Below, piece after piece: positions 20,301-28,951 of a stretch of DNA of 64,000 bases. The position numbers and the translations under genes are program-made. The notes beneath the pieces are model-generated. The model did not search any database. It saw only the letters and a list, made by a program, of their open reading frames with translations, and was not told where the DNA came from. Each line of letters starts with the position of its first letter. Position 1 is the first letter of the stretch. Source of the stretch: Methyloceanibacter sp. (GTDB lineage Bacteria; Pseudomonadota; Alphaproteobacteria; Rhizobiales; Methyloligellaceae); NCBI RefSeq assembly GCF_050728395.1, contig NZ_JBOHJB010000001.1, positions 56,601-120,600 of the forward strand. Direction: 5' to 3'.

Positions 20301-22202
20301 CTGATCCACGAATTCTCGACCTATACGAGACCGCTTCGGACCGTCCGGGAAGCACTTGGCTGGACCACCGAACTCGTGTTTTCAGCGAGCATAACCGCCG
20401 AGTCATTCCGCAAGGAGCACCAGGCCCTTGAGCACCGCAAGATACATATCATTCCCCAGGGGCGATGCTCTCTCCCCGCTGCGACGTCGAAGGCGACATT
20501 GGAGGCGGAGTTCCAGACGATCAAATCGGCGATGCGCCCTACGGGAGCCGAAAATGCGCTTGTGGTGCTTGGCGTCGGGACGGTTCACCTTCGTAAGGGC
20601 ATCGACCTTTTCATCAGCACTGCAACAGCGGCAGTCCGCATGGCCGCTCGGGGTCGCCCAATTCGCTTCGTCTGGATCGGACACGGCTATGATCCGCAAG
20701 CCGACATGAACTACTCGGTGTATCTAGCGGAACAGATCGTCCGTTCGGGTTCGCAGGGCCATGTGGTGATCCTCGATCCGGTAGGCGACCTTGAGCCAGC
20801 TTACGCCATGGCCGATGTCTTTTATCTTCCCTCTCGCCTCGACCCGCTGCCCAATGTCACGATCGATGCGGCATTTCGAGCCCTCCCGGTGATATGCTTC
20901 GAGGGCGCCACGGGGATGGCCGAGGTTCTCAAGCAAGACCCGACGGCGGGCGCGACGGTGATGCCTTATCTGGACGCGGAAGCCGCTGCGCGGCAAATCG
21001 TGGAGCTGGCGAATGACGAAGCGCTGCGCACGCGCGTTGGTGAATCGACACGCTCGCTTGCGCTTCGAACTTTCGAAATGGAACGATACGCTGGTCAGAT
21101 CGACGAGATTGGCGGCTTGGCCGTCGAGCGGATGCGCCAGCGCCGCGCCGATTTTGAGACGATCCTTAAGGATCCCTTGTTCGATCCGGAGATCTTCACG
21201 CCGCCAAACGCTTCTCCCACCACGCGTGAAGATGAGATCTCGAGGTTTCTCGCCTACTGGTCCGCAGCCCGGACCGCGCCGCACCAGCTCGATCATCTTG
21301 ACCTTCGGCGACCTTGCGCCGGATTCAATCCGCAGATCTATGCGCATCACCACCCAGAGATCCTCGAGGCCGACATCAATCCCTTGGCCGATTTTATTCG
21401 CAAAGGCTGCCCCCAAGGACCGTGGGTTCACGAAACGATCGGGCCCGATCTCGACAAGATGAAGCAAGGGCCGCAAAACGCGCTGAGGGTCGCGATACAG
21501 GCCCACTTTCATTACCCCGAGCTGATCGAGGATTTTCTCGACAGAATCGCGCTGAACAAGGCGTCCTGCGATCTTCTCTTGAGCACGAATGACGTGGCCA
21601 AAGCCGCGCTGTTGGGCGCGCGAACCACTTCGTTCGACCGGGGCCTTGTGAAGATTCGCATCGTGCCGAATAGGGGGCGCGACATCGCACCGTTGCTCAC
21701 CGTCTTCGGCAGGGAGATGGTCCGGGATTACGACGTGATCGGACACCTGCATGGCAAGCGGAGCAGCGGCGTGGACGCGGCCATGGGAGAGACCTGGCGT
21801 GAGTTCCTTTGGCAGCATCTTCTTGGGCCGCGCTATCCGATGATGGATATCGCCTTGGCGCATTTCGCCGAGAATGAGCAGCTTGGTCTTCTGTTTCCGG
21901 AAGAGCCGCATCTGTGCGACTGGGGCGCCAATCTTGCGATCGCGGACGACCTCGCCCGCGGCGCCGGTCTCGAGCGGCCGCTTCCCCCGTTTTTCGAGTT
22001 TCCCGTCGGCTCCATGTTCTGGGCGCGGACTCGGGCCCTTGCTCCCCTCATCGAGCTTGCGCTCACTTGGGATCATTATCCGGAAGAGCCTGTTGCCAAC
22101 GACGGCACGATGCTGCACGCACTCGAGCGTCTCTTCCCGTTCGCCGCGCGTAAGCAGGGATACAGCTACGCGACCGTTCACATTCCGGGGATCAGCCGCT
22201 AG
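17343..22202 (+). CDS. Giant glycan-synthesis protein: sulfotransferase-like domain + long coiled coil + FDPxYY repeats + GT4 + rhamnan synthesis F (RgpF) domain
   Basis: AGMHRSGTS, IKDPRL, FRNPLEVALSL; E/A/R/Q-rich heptads; SHEASRTGAP...SRLDPLPNVTIDA; AHFHYPEL...NRGRDIAP...HLHGKRS...FPVGSMFWAR...HALERL. Confidence 0.85.
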   Translation: MSAPRIVKRRGSSGLRGAGGKTGKDSRAKGKSKAAEPPRHSAQRHYLSKDQIKTDKAPAKAPKETKPRKRTRVPDPALASAVLSKCILVAGMHRSGTSAVTRVINLMGADISSDLMPPVIGNNERGFWESRSIAAIHDRLLVALDSAWDDVFPLSPHWLETDAARQAQGEISRELEANFADSRVFVIKDPRLARLLPLWIELLDKRRIEAVIVMPFRNPLEVALSLKERDGFSLGKSMLLYAQSCLEAERASRRRPRTFIAYDELLRDWRTLAKRLKTANVGFGAPDQKIIFEIERFLSADLRHATATRRDLAEHREISAIVVEIYDRLTDAAKSGSDAALRPAFDRMRRTLSEAIRLFGAASPIERASAQATSAAVQQRDVPAPEAQSAASDALPKGHSEALREAESTSGEIAAPNQADPAIVHALQLMAETRSDLARRLDEVSAHAGNLEGIRLSLAKELAAAAANAAHATNQIARLEAERAELIRQLADERARIAEMLKERSVFEHQLEDLQALVRNLQSKAETADALARRSESSLDSLATQLDEARTLGAEALASRDALQTQVGEARSEAHKFEMQAQQAEARTQQHASQLELLTKELEAARARADEDRSEAEASELRARESEALAQEQAARMTTVTVELDAVRAGAAELLVARDAHQGQAETARSELKQLTQRANESEALSQQQALQLKTLTKDLREARAGAAELVAARDGLRRQLDEARAELRKLELRVQEAELRSQVQALKIEVIAGNLIEKRDRVQAADHLGPIPQAETSSAVERTAGVIRNSGLFDPDYYRQRAACAALDPVVHYVTAGEKLGIPPSTRFDPTYYAERYPDVGAAGTCLLEHYVLHGQNEGRRATPVANDFVEDPARFAPDKETILLVSHEASRTGAPILALAIGQLLSARYNVISLLLRPGDLIENFEEISSRTIYLEERYRSPIEFKYAIASLLRGQPIRYALICSIESRDIIPALARAFIPTINLIHEFSTYTRPLRTVREALGWTTELVFSASITAESFRKEHQALEHRKIHIIPQGRCSLPAATSKATLEAEFQTIKSAMRPTGAENALVVLGVGTVHLRKGIDLFISTATAAVRMAARGRPIRFVWIGHGYDPQADMNYSVYLAEQIVRSGSQGHVVILDPVGDLEPAYAMADVFYLPSRLDPLPNVTIDAAFRALPVICFEGATGMAEVLKQDPTAGATVMPYLDAEAAARQIVELANDEALRTRVGESTRSLALRTFEMERYAGQIDEIGGLAVERMRQRRADFETILKDPLFDPEIFTPPNASPTTREDEISRFLAYWSAARTAPHQLDHLDLRRPCAGFNPQIYAHHHPEILEADINPLADFIRKGCPQGPWVHETIGPDLDKMKQGPQNALRVAIQAHFHYPELIEDFLDRIALNKASCDLLLSTNDVAKAALLGARTTSFDRGLVKIRIVPNRGRDIAPLLTVFGREMVRDYDVIGHLHGKRSSGVDAAMGETWREFLWQHLLGPRYPMMDIALAHFAENEQLGLLFPEEPHLCDWGANLAIADDLARGAGLERPLPPFFEFPVGSMFWARTRALAPLIELALTWDHYPEEPVANDGTMLHALERLFPFAARKQGYSYATVHIPGISR
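18975..19605 (+). repeat. Imperfect coding tandem repeats of 56/42/56/56 aa (168/126/168/168 bp) in the coiled coil
   Basis: Units start at 18975 (QLDEAR), 19143 (ELEAAR), 19269 (ELDAVR) and 19437 (DLREAR). The shared core RAGAAEL..ARD is at 19287 and 19455, 168 bp apart. Confidence 0.75.
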
Positions 22203-22203
22203 G

Positions 22204-25119
22204 TCAAGTTGGGGCTGCGCCAGCCCTGTTCAAGTGAACTCCCCGGCGAATGACGAACGGGAGGAGCAAGAGCAATAGCGCACCCAGCGAAATCAGGGCT
22301 CCAGCTCGGAAGGAGACCGGCTCGTAGGCGAACTCGACAGTACTTTTCCCCGCCGGCACGATGACGCCTCTGAACAGATAGTCCGCTTTCAGCAGCGGAG
22401 CCGGTTTTCCGTCAACGTAGGCCAGCCAGCCGGGGTAGTTGCTGTCGTTCAACATCAGCACGGCGGGCGACGGGGTATCCACCTCGACCGCCACATGCTG
22501 GGACTCATAGCGGGAAATCTTGGCGGTTCCGCCTGCCGCATCGGGCTTGATTGACTGAAGTATCGTCAAGTCACGGTCGGAAAGACCCTCGCGGGAAAGA
22601 GCGACAGCGTGAAAGGGATCGAAGCTCGGTTGCTTCAGGCGTTGCAGGACGTCACCGTCGGGCAGGATCTCGGCATTGTGAAAGAGCGAGGCCCGCGGCA
22701 AGACCTTGGAGACTTCGTAAATGCGAACCTCCTTGTCGTAGACCTCGCGAAAGGGCCCGCTCTTCTCAACCCCGCTCGCAGGCGCGAAGCGAAGCCCTGC
22801 CCATCCAGCCCAGTCCCAACCATTGCTGCCGCTCGGTCCTGGGTCGGTGGAGAACAGCAACTTGACGGGCTTCCCCGCGAAGCGACTGAGGTCCAAGCTA
22901 AATGGATGCCCCGCGCGAGCGGCACTGACCTCCTTTGGATTCAGGAAGGTCGAGAATAAAGGTTCGATCCTATCATCGCTCTCAACCTCGATGAGGAATC
23001 CGACGCCGTCACTCTTGTCGATGGCATCTTCCCGTATGACCGCAGTTCCCTCCAGCACCGGGCGGTCCGCCCGGATCGTCGTCGTATAGGAGAGTCGCTT
23101 GGAGGGGGGGTGATGAAACAAGCCTTGGACTGCCCGCCCATTCACGTCAAACGTGCCCGGTCCCAATCCCCATAGGTGTTCGCTTCTATGCTGCGCGAAA
23201 ATCTCGCCGGCAACGTTGGCGGTCGAGCCATACTCGCTCACGCTGATCAAATACTTCACCGAAGACAGTGCAAGAAATCGTCTCTCCGTTTCAGTGTCGA
23301 AGGCATAGGAGAATTTTGGATCGGCCCCCGTGAAGCGATTGGCCAAGTCACCCTGGAGGCGTGCGTCCCCAGGCGTGCCGAGAAAGCTGCGAATGAAATC
23401 CATGTAGCGGCGGTAGTACATGGCATCGAGACCCCGTACGTCAGCGAGCTCGAAGGCTCCAGCCCAGTTGGGAAAGAGCACGTTCTGGCGAGCGAAGATC
23501 CGGTAATGGTCTCGGTTTTGGGCGCGGAGGAAATCGATATAGGGAGCGCCGGCGTAAGGGGTTTCGCTCGCACGCGGAAGAGAGTTGAAAGCATAGAAGC
23601 TGGGGACGATGAAGTTGAAGGACAGCTCGGCGACGAGCAGCGACACCACACCCAAGGCCGCGTATGGAAAGCGCTTGCTTGGCAGCGACAGCAAAATGAT
23701 CGCGCCGAGAGACACGATGACCCCGGATAGGGCTGACACGTAGTACCAGGGCGCAACGTCCTTAACCGCGCGAAGCTCGGGCATATGCAGCGCCGCCAAG
23801 GCCAACACGATCCCAAGCACGATGCCGGCGGCAGCCAGCAGATGACGATATGCGTGCCGTTCGGTGACGTGAGAAAATCCGATGGCGGCGAGCATGGCGA
23901 CGCAAAATGCCATGAGCGGTTCCTGGTACTTTACGTAGATGACCAAATTTGAAATCGGCAGCGCTCCGATCCAATTGATGATCGGATGGCCGAAGTGCTT
24001 CAGGATCAACAGCACCAAGGACAGTGAGAAGAAAAAGGTCAGGGACGGCAGCGGAGCTGGAGATTTTGTCCGCCGGGGAAACAGCCAGACGATCATCGCG
24101 GTTGCCGCAAAGATGCTGGCGAGAAGTCCCCAATAGCCCCGAACGCCCAGTCGTCCCGAGAACACCGGTCCAGCGATCAGCGGAAGGAAGTAGGTAATCG
24201 CTGCCCCTAGGTCGGGGTAAGCCAGCAGTCCGGCAATCCTGCCGCCCACATTTGATGGACGGTGGGCGTCATGGCCCGCGGCCATGAACTCGAGGAATGG
24301 AAGCAGCAGAAATGCCGAAAGCGCAAAACCCAAGCTTATGGCAGCGGCGAACTTCCATAGCCGGGAAGTCAGGGTCGTACGGAACTCCGGTACCGAGGCG
24401 AGCCTGAACAAGACGAAGAGGCAGGCGAACGATACCGCCAAGAAAAGCGATTCAGGCATTCCGCCCAGGGTGGCGACGAGAATCATCCCGGCGGCGCCCG
24501 CGACCGCTCCCCAAGAATTCTTTCTCAGGAGGACTTCAAACACCAAAAAGAGACCTGGGAGCAGGACCTCCACGCTCAGATGAGGCATGGAAAGAAAGAG
24601 GGCCAAATATCCCGTTAGCATGAAGGCGATGGCCGCGAACAGCGCGGGAAGAAACTCGAGGAAAAGCCGCGCGAACAGGAACGTCAACAAACCCGCAAGG
24701 AGGAGGCGGCCAATGAGGAAAAGGTTGTACGCCCACGGCGTGGGATTGAGCGAGAGCAACACAGACAAGGGATAGAATGGCTGTGGCTGCATCGCCGCGG
24801 CGAGTGGCGCCCCGTAGGCGGTGTAGGGATTCCACAGCGGAAGCTCGTGCTCCGTCCAATACTGTTGTGAGAGGAGTTTGCTGTAAGGTTCTGCCAGCCA
24901 TGCAGGCGCGCCGGCATCCGGGGTCCGGCCAAAGGGCCGAGGTGTCGCCCTATCGGCTGGATTCCGGGCGTAGGCGCCCGAAGGCATGATGCTCGGTGCA
25001 TCCCGGACGCTCAGCAACAGCGTCTGGTCCATCCACAACACGGGGAAAAAGAGCAGATTGAGGATGACTGCCAAAGACAGAGTTGCGTAGACCCACTCTT
25101 TCATGCGGACCTCGCGCAT
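22204..25119 (-). CDS. YfhO-family GT-C membrane glycosyltransferase with inserted beta-sandwich domain
   Basis: LPLWNPYTAYGAPL, FYPL, LLLPFLEF, DVRGLDAM, and C-terminal YPGWLAYVDGKPAPLLKADYLFRGVIVPAGKSTVEFAYEP. Confidence 0.88.
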   Translation of the reverse strand: MREVRMKEWVYATLSLAVILNLLFFPVLWMDQTLLLSVRDAPSIMPSGAYARNPADRATPRPFGRTPDAGAPAWLAEPYSKLLSQQYWTEHELPLWNPYTAYGAPLAAAMQPQPFYPLSVLLSLNPTPWAYNLFLIGRLLLAGLLTFLFARLFLEFLPALFAAIAFMLTGYLALFLSMPHLSVEVLLPGLFLVFEVLLRKNSWGAVAGAAGMILVATLGGMPESLFLAVSFACLFVLFRLASVPEFRTTLTSRLWKFAAAISLGFALSAFLLLPFLEFMAAGHDAHRPSNVGGRIAGLLAYPDLGAAITYFLPLIAGPVFSGRLGVRGYWGLLASIFAATAMIVWLFPRRTKSPAPLPSLTFFFSLSLVLLILKHFGHPIINWIGALPISNLVIYVKYQEPLMAFCVAMLAAIGFSHVTERHAYRHLLAAAGIVLGIVLALAALHMPELRAVKDVAPWYYVSALSGVIVSLGAIILLSLPSKRFPYAALGVVSLLVAELSFNFIVPSFYAFNSLPRASETPYAGAPYIDFLRAQNRDHYRIFARQNVLFPNWAGAFELADVRGLDAMYYRRYMDFIRSFLGTPGDARLQGDLANRFTGADPKFSYAFDTETERRFLALSSVKYLISVSEYGSTANVAGEIFAQHRSEHLWGLGPGTFDVNGRAVQGLFHHPPSKRLSYTTTIRADRPVLEGTAVIREDAIDKSDGVGFLIEVESDDRIEPLFSTFLNPKEVSAARAGHPFSLDLSRFAGKPVKLLFSTDPGPSGSNGWDWAGWAGLRFAPASGVEKSGPFREVYDKEVRIYEVSKVLPRASLFHNAEILPDGDVLQRLKQPSFDPFHAVALSREGLSDRDLTILQSIKPDAAGGTAKISRYESQHVAVEVDTPSPAVLMLNDSNYPGWLAYVDGKPAPLLKADYLFRGVIVPAGKSTVEFAYEPVSFRAGALISLGALLLLLLPFVIRRGVHLNRAGAAPT

Positions 25120-25173
25120 CCTCTATCGTGGGCAAGCGTGCACGGGACTTTGGCTCGATCCTCTTTCCTTGCG

Positions 25174-26148
25174 TTACGGCTTGGTTGCATAGACGTCGAT
25201 GCCGCTTGCGGTGATTTTCAGTTTCGTTTGAAGCAAGACGCTAGGGGCCAAAGATCGTCCCATACGAAGTACTGGGCTGAGCACGGCCACCGGAAACTTA
25301 TCGAAATGACCGATAATGTAGGCAGGGGTCAGCACCTTCTTGCCGCCGCCAAGCGTCACATCGGCGAAGCCCGTCTCCGTCAGCAGCCTCTCGATCGTGG
25401 CCATGCCAAAATAGAAGAGGTGCTCGCGCTTGAACTCCATCCAGTGTCGTCCGAGCAGCCTAGCCGACCAGCTGTCGACGCTCGGCGTGGCAATGAAGAT
25501 CGTCGAGTGATGATCCAACATGCGCCACACATCATGCAAAAAGGCACGGGGGTCGCGAATGTGCTCAATGACATCGGCGAGAATGCACACGTCAAATGAC
25601 CGATCGGGAAAGCCAGCCAGGGATGTCGAGCCGACTCGAACGGCTTCGATGCCAAGCTTCTGGTTGGCGATGGCCGCCGCGTCAGCCGAAAATTCGATGC
25701 CATTGACCTCGTAGCCGCTTGCCCGCGCTTCTATGAGCATGTTTCCGTGGCCGCATCCGATCTCCAACAAGCGTAAACCGCGAGCGGCGCGCCCACGCTT
25801 GCCAAGATATGCGTCGAGTTCCTCCAATTGGAGGCGGGCGGTCGCACGTTTGACGATCTCAAATTGCGCCGCCAGCTCGGCGTCCTCGTCGGACCCGATG
25901 AAATAATGCGGCCCGTAGATCTCAGCGAGATCGGAATCGCTTGGCTGGGGGTTCTGCAAGAGAAGGCCGCAGCTCTCGCAGCTCTCAATTGGAATGCCGC
26001 GCGTGGTAAAATGCGGCGCAAAATTCGTAGCCAGGCAAACTGGGCATGTCCGCGCGCGCAAATCGTCTGCGGTCTGTACTTCGGATTTCTGGACAGGATC
26101 GCTAGGCACAGCTTCGACTCGTCTTCTTGGCAGCGTGTCAGCCTTCAT
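25174..26148 (-). CDS. Class I SAM-dependent methyltransferase with N-terminal CxxC...CxxC zinc ribbon
   Basis: CPVC...CESCGL, LLEIGCGHG, DVIEHIRDP, EHLFYF. Confidence 0.88.
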   Translation of the reverse strand: MKADTLPRRRVEAVPSDPVQKSEVQTADDLRARTCPVCLATNFAPHFTTRGIPIESCESCGLLLQNPQPSDSDLAEIYGPHYFIGSDEDAELAAQFEIVKRATARLQLEELDAYLGKRGRAARGLRLLEIGCGHGNMLIEARASGYEVNGIEFSADAAAIANQKLGIEAVRVGSTSLAGFPDRSFDVCILADVIEHIRDPRAFLHDVWRMLDHHSTIFIATPSVDSWSARLLGRHWMEFKREHLFYFGMATIERLLTETGFADVTLGGGKKVLTPAYIIGHFDKFPVAVLSPVLRMGRSLAPSVLLQTKLKITASGIDVYATKP

Positions 26149-26297
26149 ATTCTACCTCTGGACAAAAGAGGGTTGCCGACTGCCTCTTGGTGTCATTCTA
26201 TCCGTCTTGGACCGGGCTGCCGGAGAATTCGTGACAACCATCCGTGAACCAACTATCCTGAATTTCAATCGTCTGACCTCTTGCTCCCGGGGCACGG

Positions 26298-27875
26298 ATG
26301 AGCAAACCACTTCGCCTTGTCAGGCAGCCCGCGCGGTCCGCTGAGTTTGCTTGTCCTCTGTGCGGAAGTGAGCACGCGGCCTATATTTTCTCGACAAACC
26401 AGCATCGAATCCACCGCTGCGCGGGCTGTGCGCTAACCTTCAGCGAAACGCGCCCCGAGAGGCCGGGGTCCGCGCCCTCTGCGGATTCCGCATCGATTGC
26501 GAAAGCCGAACGAGACGAAACCCATCATGCTCGCCTGCTCGCGGCGCTTGCCTCTGCGAAAGTCGAGGGACCGGTATTGGCGCTTGCCGAACCCAATGAC
26601 GGGCTCGTGTCGTTGCTTGGGCGCACCGGAATTCGTCTCGGTGACGTCGCCGGTCCGGAAAACTTCGCATCCGCCGATTGGGGAAGTGCGCACCAGGCCG
26701 CCGTCGTGTCCGATGCCCTGATGCGTGTCGCAAACCCTCGGGCGGCACTTTCGAAGATCCGGAAGCATCTTGCGCCCGGCGCATGCCTGTTCCTTAGCAT
26801 GCCCCTGGTTGACGGCTACCAAGCAAGGCTGATGGGCCGCAATTGGCACGAATGGCGGTCGCCGAACCTTTGGTACTTCAGCCGCGAAACTTTGAATCTA
26901 CTTCTGCTGGCCACGGGCTTCGAGCACGTCTGGTTTGAACCAGAGCGGCGCAGATACTCCCTCGATACGTTGCTTCAGCGCGTGGGCGCGCCTGCGGAGG
27001 CTGGGGGCTTGGGTCGCGGACTTGATCTGTTGCGGCGGGTCTCTCCTGGAAACCTTTGCCGCCGAGCCGTTCCCCCGCCGAGTGGAACGGACGTCGTCAC
27101 GGCCAGAACGGCGGCAATGGCGCCAAGCGACACCGTATCGATCATTGTTCCTGCTTTCAACGAAGGGGCCACGTTTAGAGCCTTGATGGATGCCTTGCTC
27201 GCGAAGCAACTCGCCGGCATGCGCAAAGAGATCATCATCGTCGAAAGCAACTCTACCGACGTCACCAGGGATCTCGCCAAGAGCTACGCCACGCATCCCG
27301 AAGTCAAACTGCTGCTGCAATCCGCCCCGCGCGGAAAGGGCAATGCCGTGCGCGAGGGCTTGACGGTCGCCACCGGCGACATCGTGATGATTCAGGATGC
27401 CGATCTCGAATACGATCTCGACGATTACGACGGACTTCTCGCGCCGCTAACAGCCTGGCAATCGATGTTCATCCTCGGCTCGCGCCACCAGGGCGGCTGG
27501 AAGATGAGAACGTTTCACGATGCGCCGCGACTGGCAGTGATGTTCAATTTCGCGCATTGGTTCTTTAGGTCGATGATCAATGGCGTGCTCAATACGCGGA
27601 TGACGGATCCTTTCACCATGTTCAAGGTCTTCCGCCGCGACGCTCTCTATGGACTGGACTTCACCTGCAACCGGTTCGATTTCGACATCGAGCTCGTGAT
27701 CAAGCTCGTGCGCAAGGGTTATGTGCCGGTGGAGATTCCGGTGAACTATGAGGCGCGGTCGTTCAGCGAGGGCAAGAAGGTCAGCGTCACTCGAGATGGC
27801 CTCACTTGGGTATGGACCATCCTCAAGGCCCGATTTGCTCCGATTCCGAGCAGGCTTTCGGAGCCCAATCGATAG
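26298..27875 (+). CDS. Fusion of zinc-ribbon/degenerate methyltransferase-like domain and DPM1-like GT2
   Basis: CPLC...CAGCAL, no GxG SAM motif, PNLWYFSRETL; then SIIVPAFNE, GKGNAVREG, IQDADLEYD, TDPFTMFKVFR, FDFDIEL. Confidence 0.82.
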   Translation: MSKPLRLVRQPARSAEFACPLCGSEHAAYIFSTNQHRIHRCAGCALTFSETRPERPGSAPSADSASIAKAERDETHHARLLAALASAKVEGPVLALAEPNDGLVSLLGRTGIRLGDVAGPENFASADWGSAHQAAVVSDALMRVANPRAALSKIRKHLAPGACLFLSMPLVDGYQARLMGRNWHEWRSPNLWYFSRETLNLLLLATGFEHVWFEPERRRYSLDTLLQRVGAPAEAGGLGRGLDLLRRVSPGNLCRRAVPPPSGTDVVTARTAAMAPSDTVSIIVPAFNEGATFRALMDALLAKQLAGMRKEIIIVESNSTDVTRDLAKSYATHPEVKLLLQSAPRGKGNAVREGLTVATGDIVMIQDADLEYDLDDYDGLLAPLTAWQSMFILGSRHQGGWKMRTFHDAPRLAVMFNFAHWFFRSMINGVLNTRMTDPFTMFKVFRRDALYGLDFTCNRFDFDIELVIKLVRKGYVPVEIPVNYEARSFSEGKKVSVTRDGLTWVWTILKARFAPIPSRLSEPNR

Positions 27876-27946
27876 ATGCTCCGCTGGGCCTCCAAGGATG
27901 CGCGTCCTTGCCGTTTTTTGAATCTGGCCCGTTTGCCGACCAGCCG

Positions 27947-28921
27947 ATGCCAAAGTCGATTCCTTCCAATTGGATTGCCCTTGCCAGCCGCCTGCTCCTT
28001 CTCGCTGCGATCCTGGTCATCGTTTCGCGCGAGCATAGTTTCGATACGCTGCTCGCCTTGTGGCAGCGTATCGAACCGGCCTCCCTCGCCCTCGTCACCG
28101 TCGTCATGATAGCTCTTCAGGCAACCGGCGCTTGGCGGCTCATGGCCATCACGTTTGCCGACGGGCTTCGTCAGGTCGGCTTCCGGCCGCTGTTTCGTAT
28201 CCAGCTCGTCTCGCAATTCGCAGCTGACGCCGCGCCGATCTCCGCGCTCGCTGACGTAGCGAAGGCCGCCATGGTCAAGCTTCGGTTCGCCCTCGGCACA
28301 GGGCAATCGATCCGCCCCGTCTTGTACGAGCGGATTTGTGGAGCCATGGCGGCGATCGTCATCGGAGTGCTATGCCTGTCCGCCCAATTGGTCGTGCCCA
28401 CCCCTGCGGATTTGGTGAAGGCCCAGGCGATTCTGTGGGGCGTGGGCTGCGCCGGCATCGCTGCTCTCATTGCCCTCGGCGGATTTCACCTCAACACCAA
28501 ATTCGAGTTCCTGAATCGGCTGGTGCGCGCGGTAATCGCGCTCGGTCACATGCTGCGTAGCCCTCTCCTCACCGCCCAGCTCCTATTGGCCACGGCGCTT
28601 CTTCTCGCAGGCTACTCGGTTATCTTCATCGTCCTTGCGCACGCCATGCAGATCCAAGTCTCCGTGCCCCACGTGTTTCTGTTCACCCCGCTGATTTTCT
28701 TCGTGTCGTCCCTTCCCGTATTCTATCAAGGCTGGGGCGGGCGCGAAGCCGCGGCGATCGCGACCATCGGCAACACGGGGCAAGTGACGAGCGCGGAAGC
28801 AATCGCCCTATCCGTCGCGTTCGGAATCGTGGTGTTTCTCGGCTCGCTTCCAGGAGCGGTATTCTGGCTGATGCGGCCATCCATGCGAAAAGCGGTCCGC
28901 CAGGAGGTCGAGCAGGCTTGA
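27947..28921 (+). CDS. Lysylphosphatidylglycerol synthase TM / UPF0104 flippase-like membrane protein
   Basis: WRL, ERICG and SSLPVFYQGWGGREAA motifs, about 8 TM helices. Start trimmed from 27806. Confidence 0.8.
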   Translation: MPKSIPSNWIALASRLLLLAAILVIVSREHSFDTLLALWQRIEPASLALVTVVMIALQATGAWRLMAITFADGLRQVGFRPLFRIQLVSQFAADAAPISALADVAKAAMVKLRFALGTGQSIRPVLYERICGAMAAIVIGVLCLSAQLVVPTPADLVKAQAILWGVGCAGIAALIALGGFHLNTKFEFLNRLVRAVIALGHMLRSPLLTAQLLLATALLLAGYSVIFIVLAHAMQIQVSVPHVFLFTPLIFFVSSLPVFYQGWGGREAAAIATIGNTGQVTSAEAIALSVAFGIVVFLGSLPGAVFWLMRPSMRKAVRQEVEQA

Positions 28922-28951
28922 TTCACTCTCCTTACCGCGCGCGTTCGTAGC

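Noticed and set aside
20724-22181. 485-aa minus-strand ORF
   Set aside because: It lies wholly antisense to the GT4/RgpF domains of the 1619-aa gene and has no recognisable motifs.
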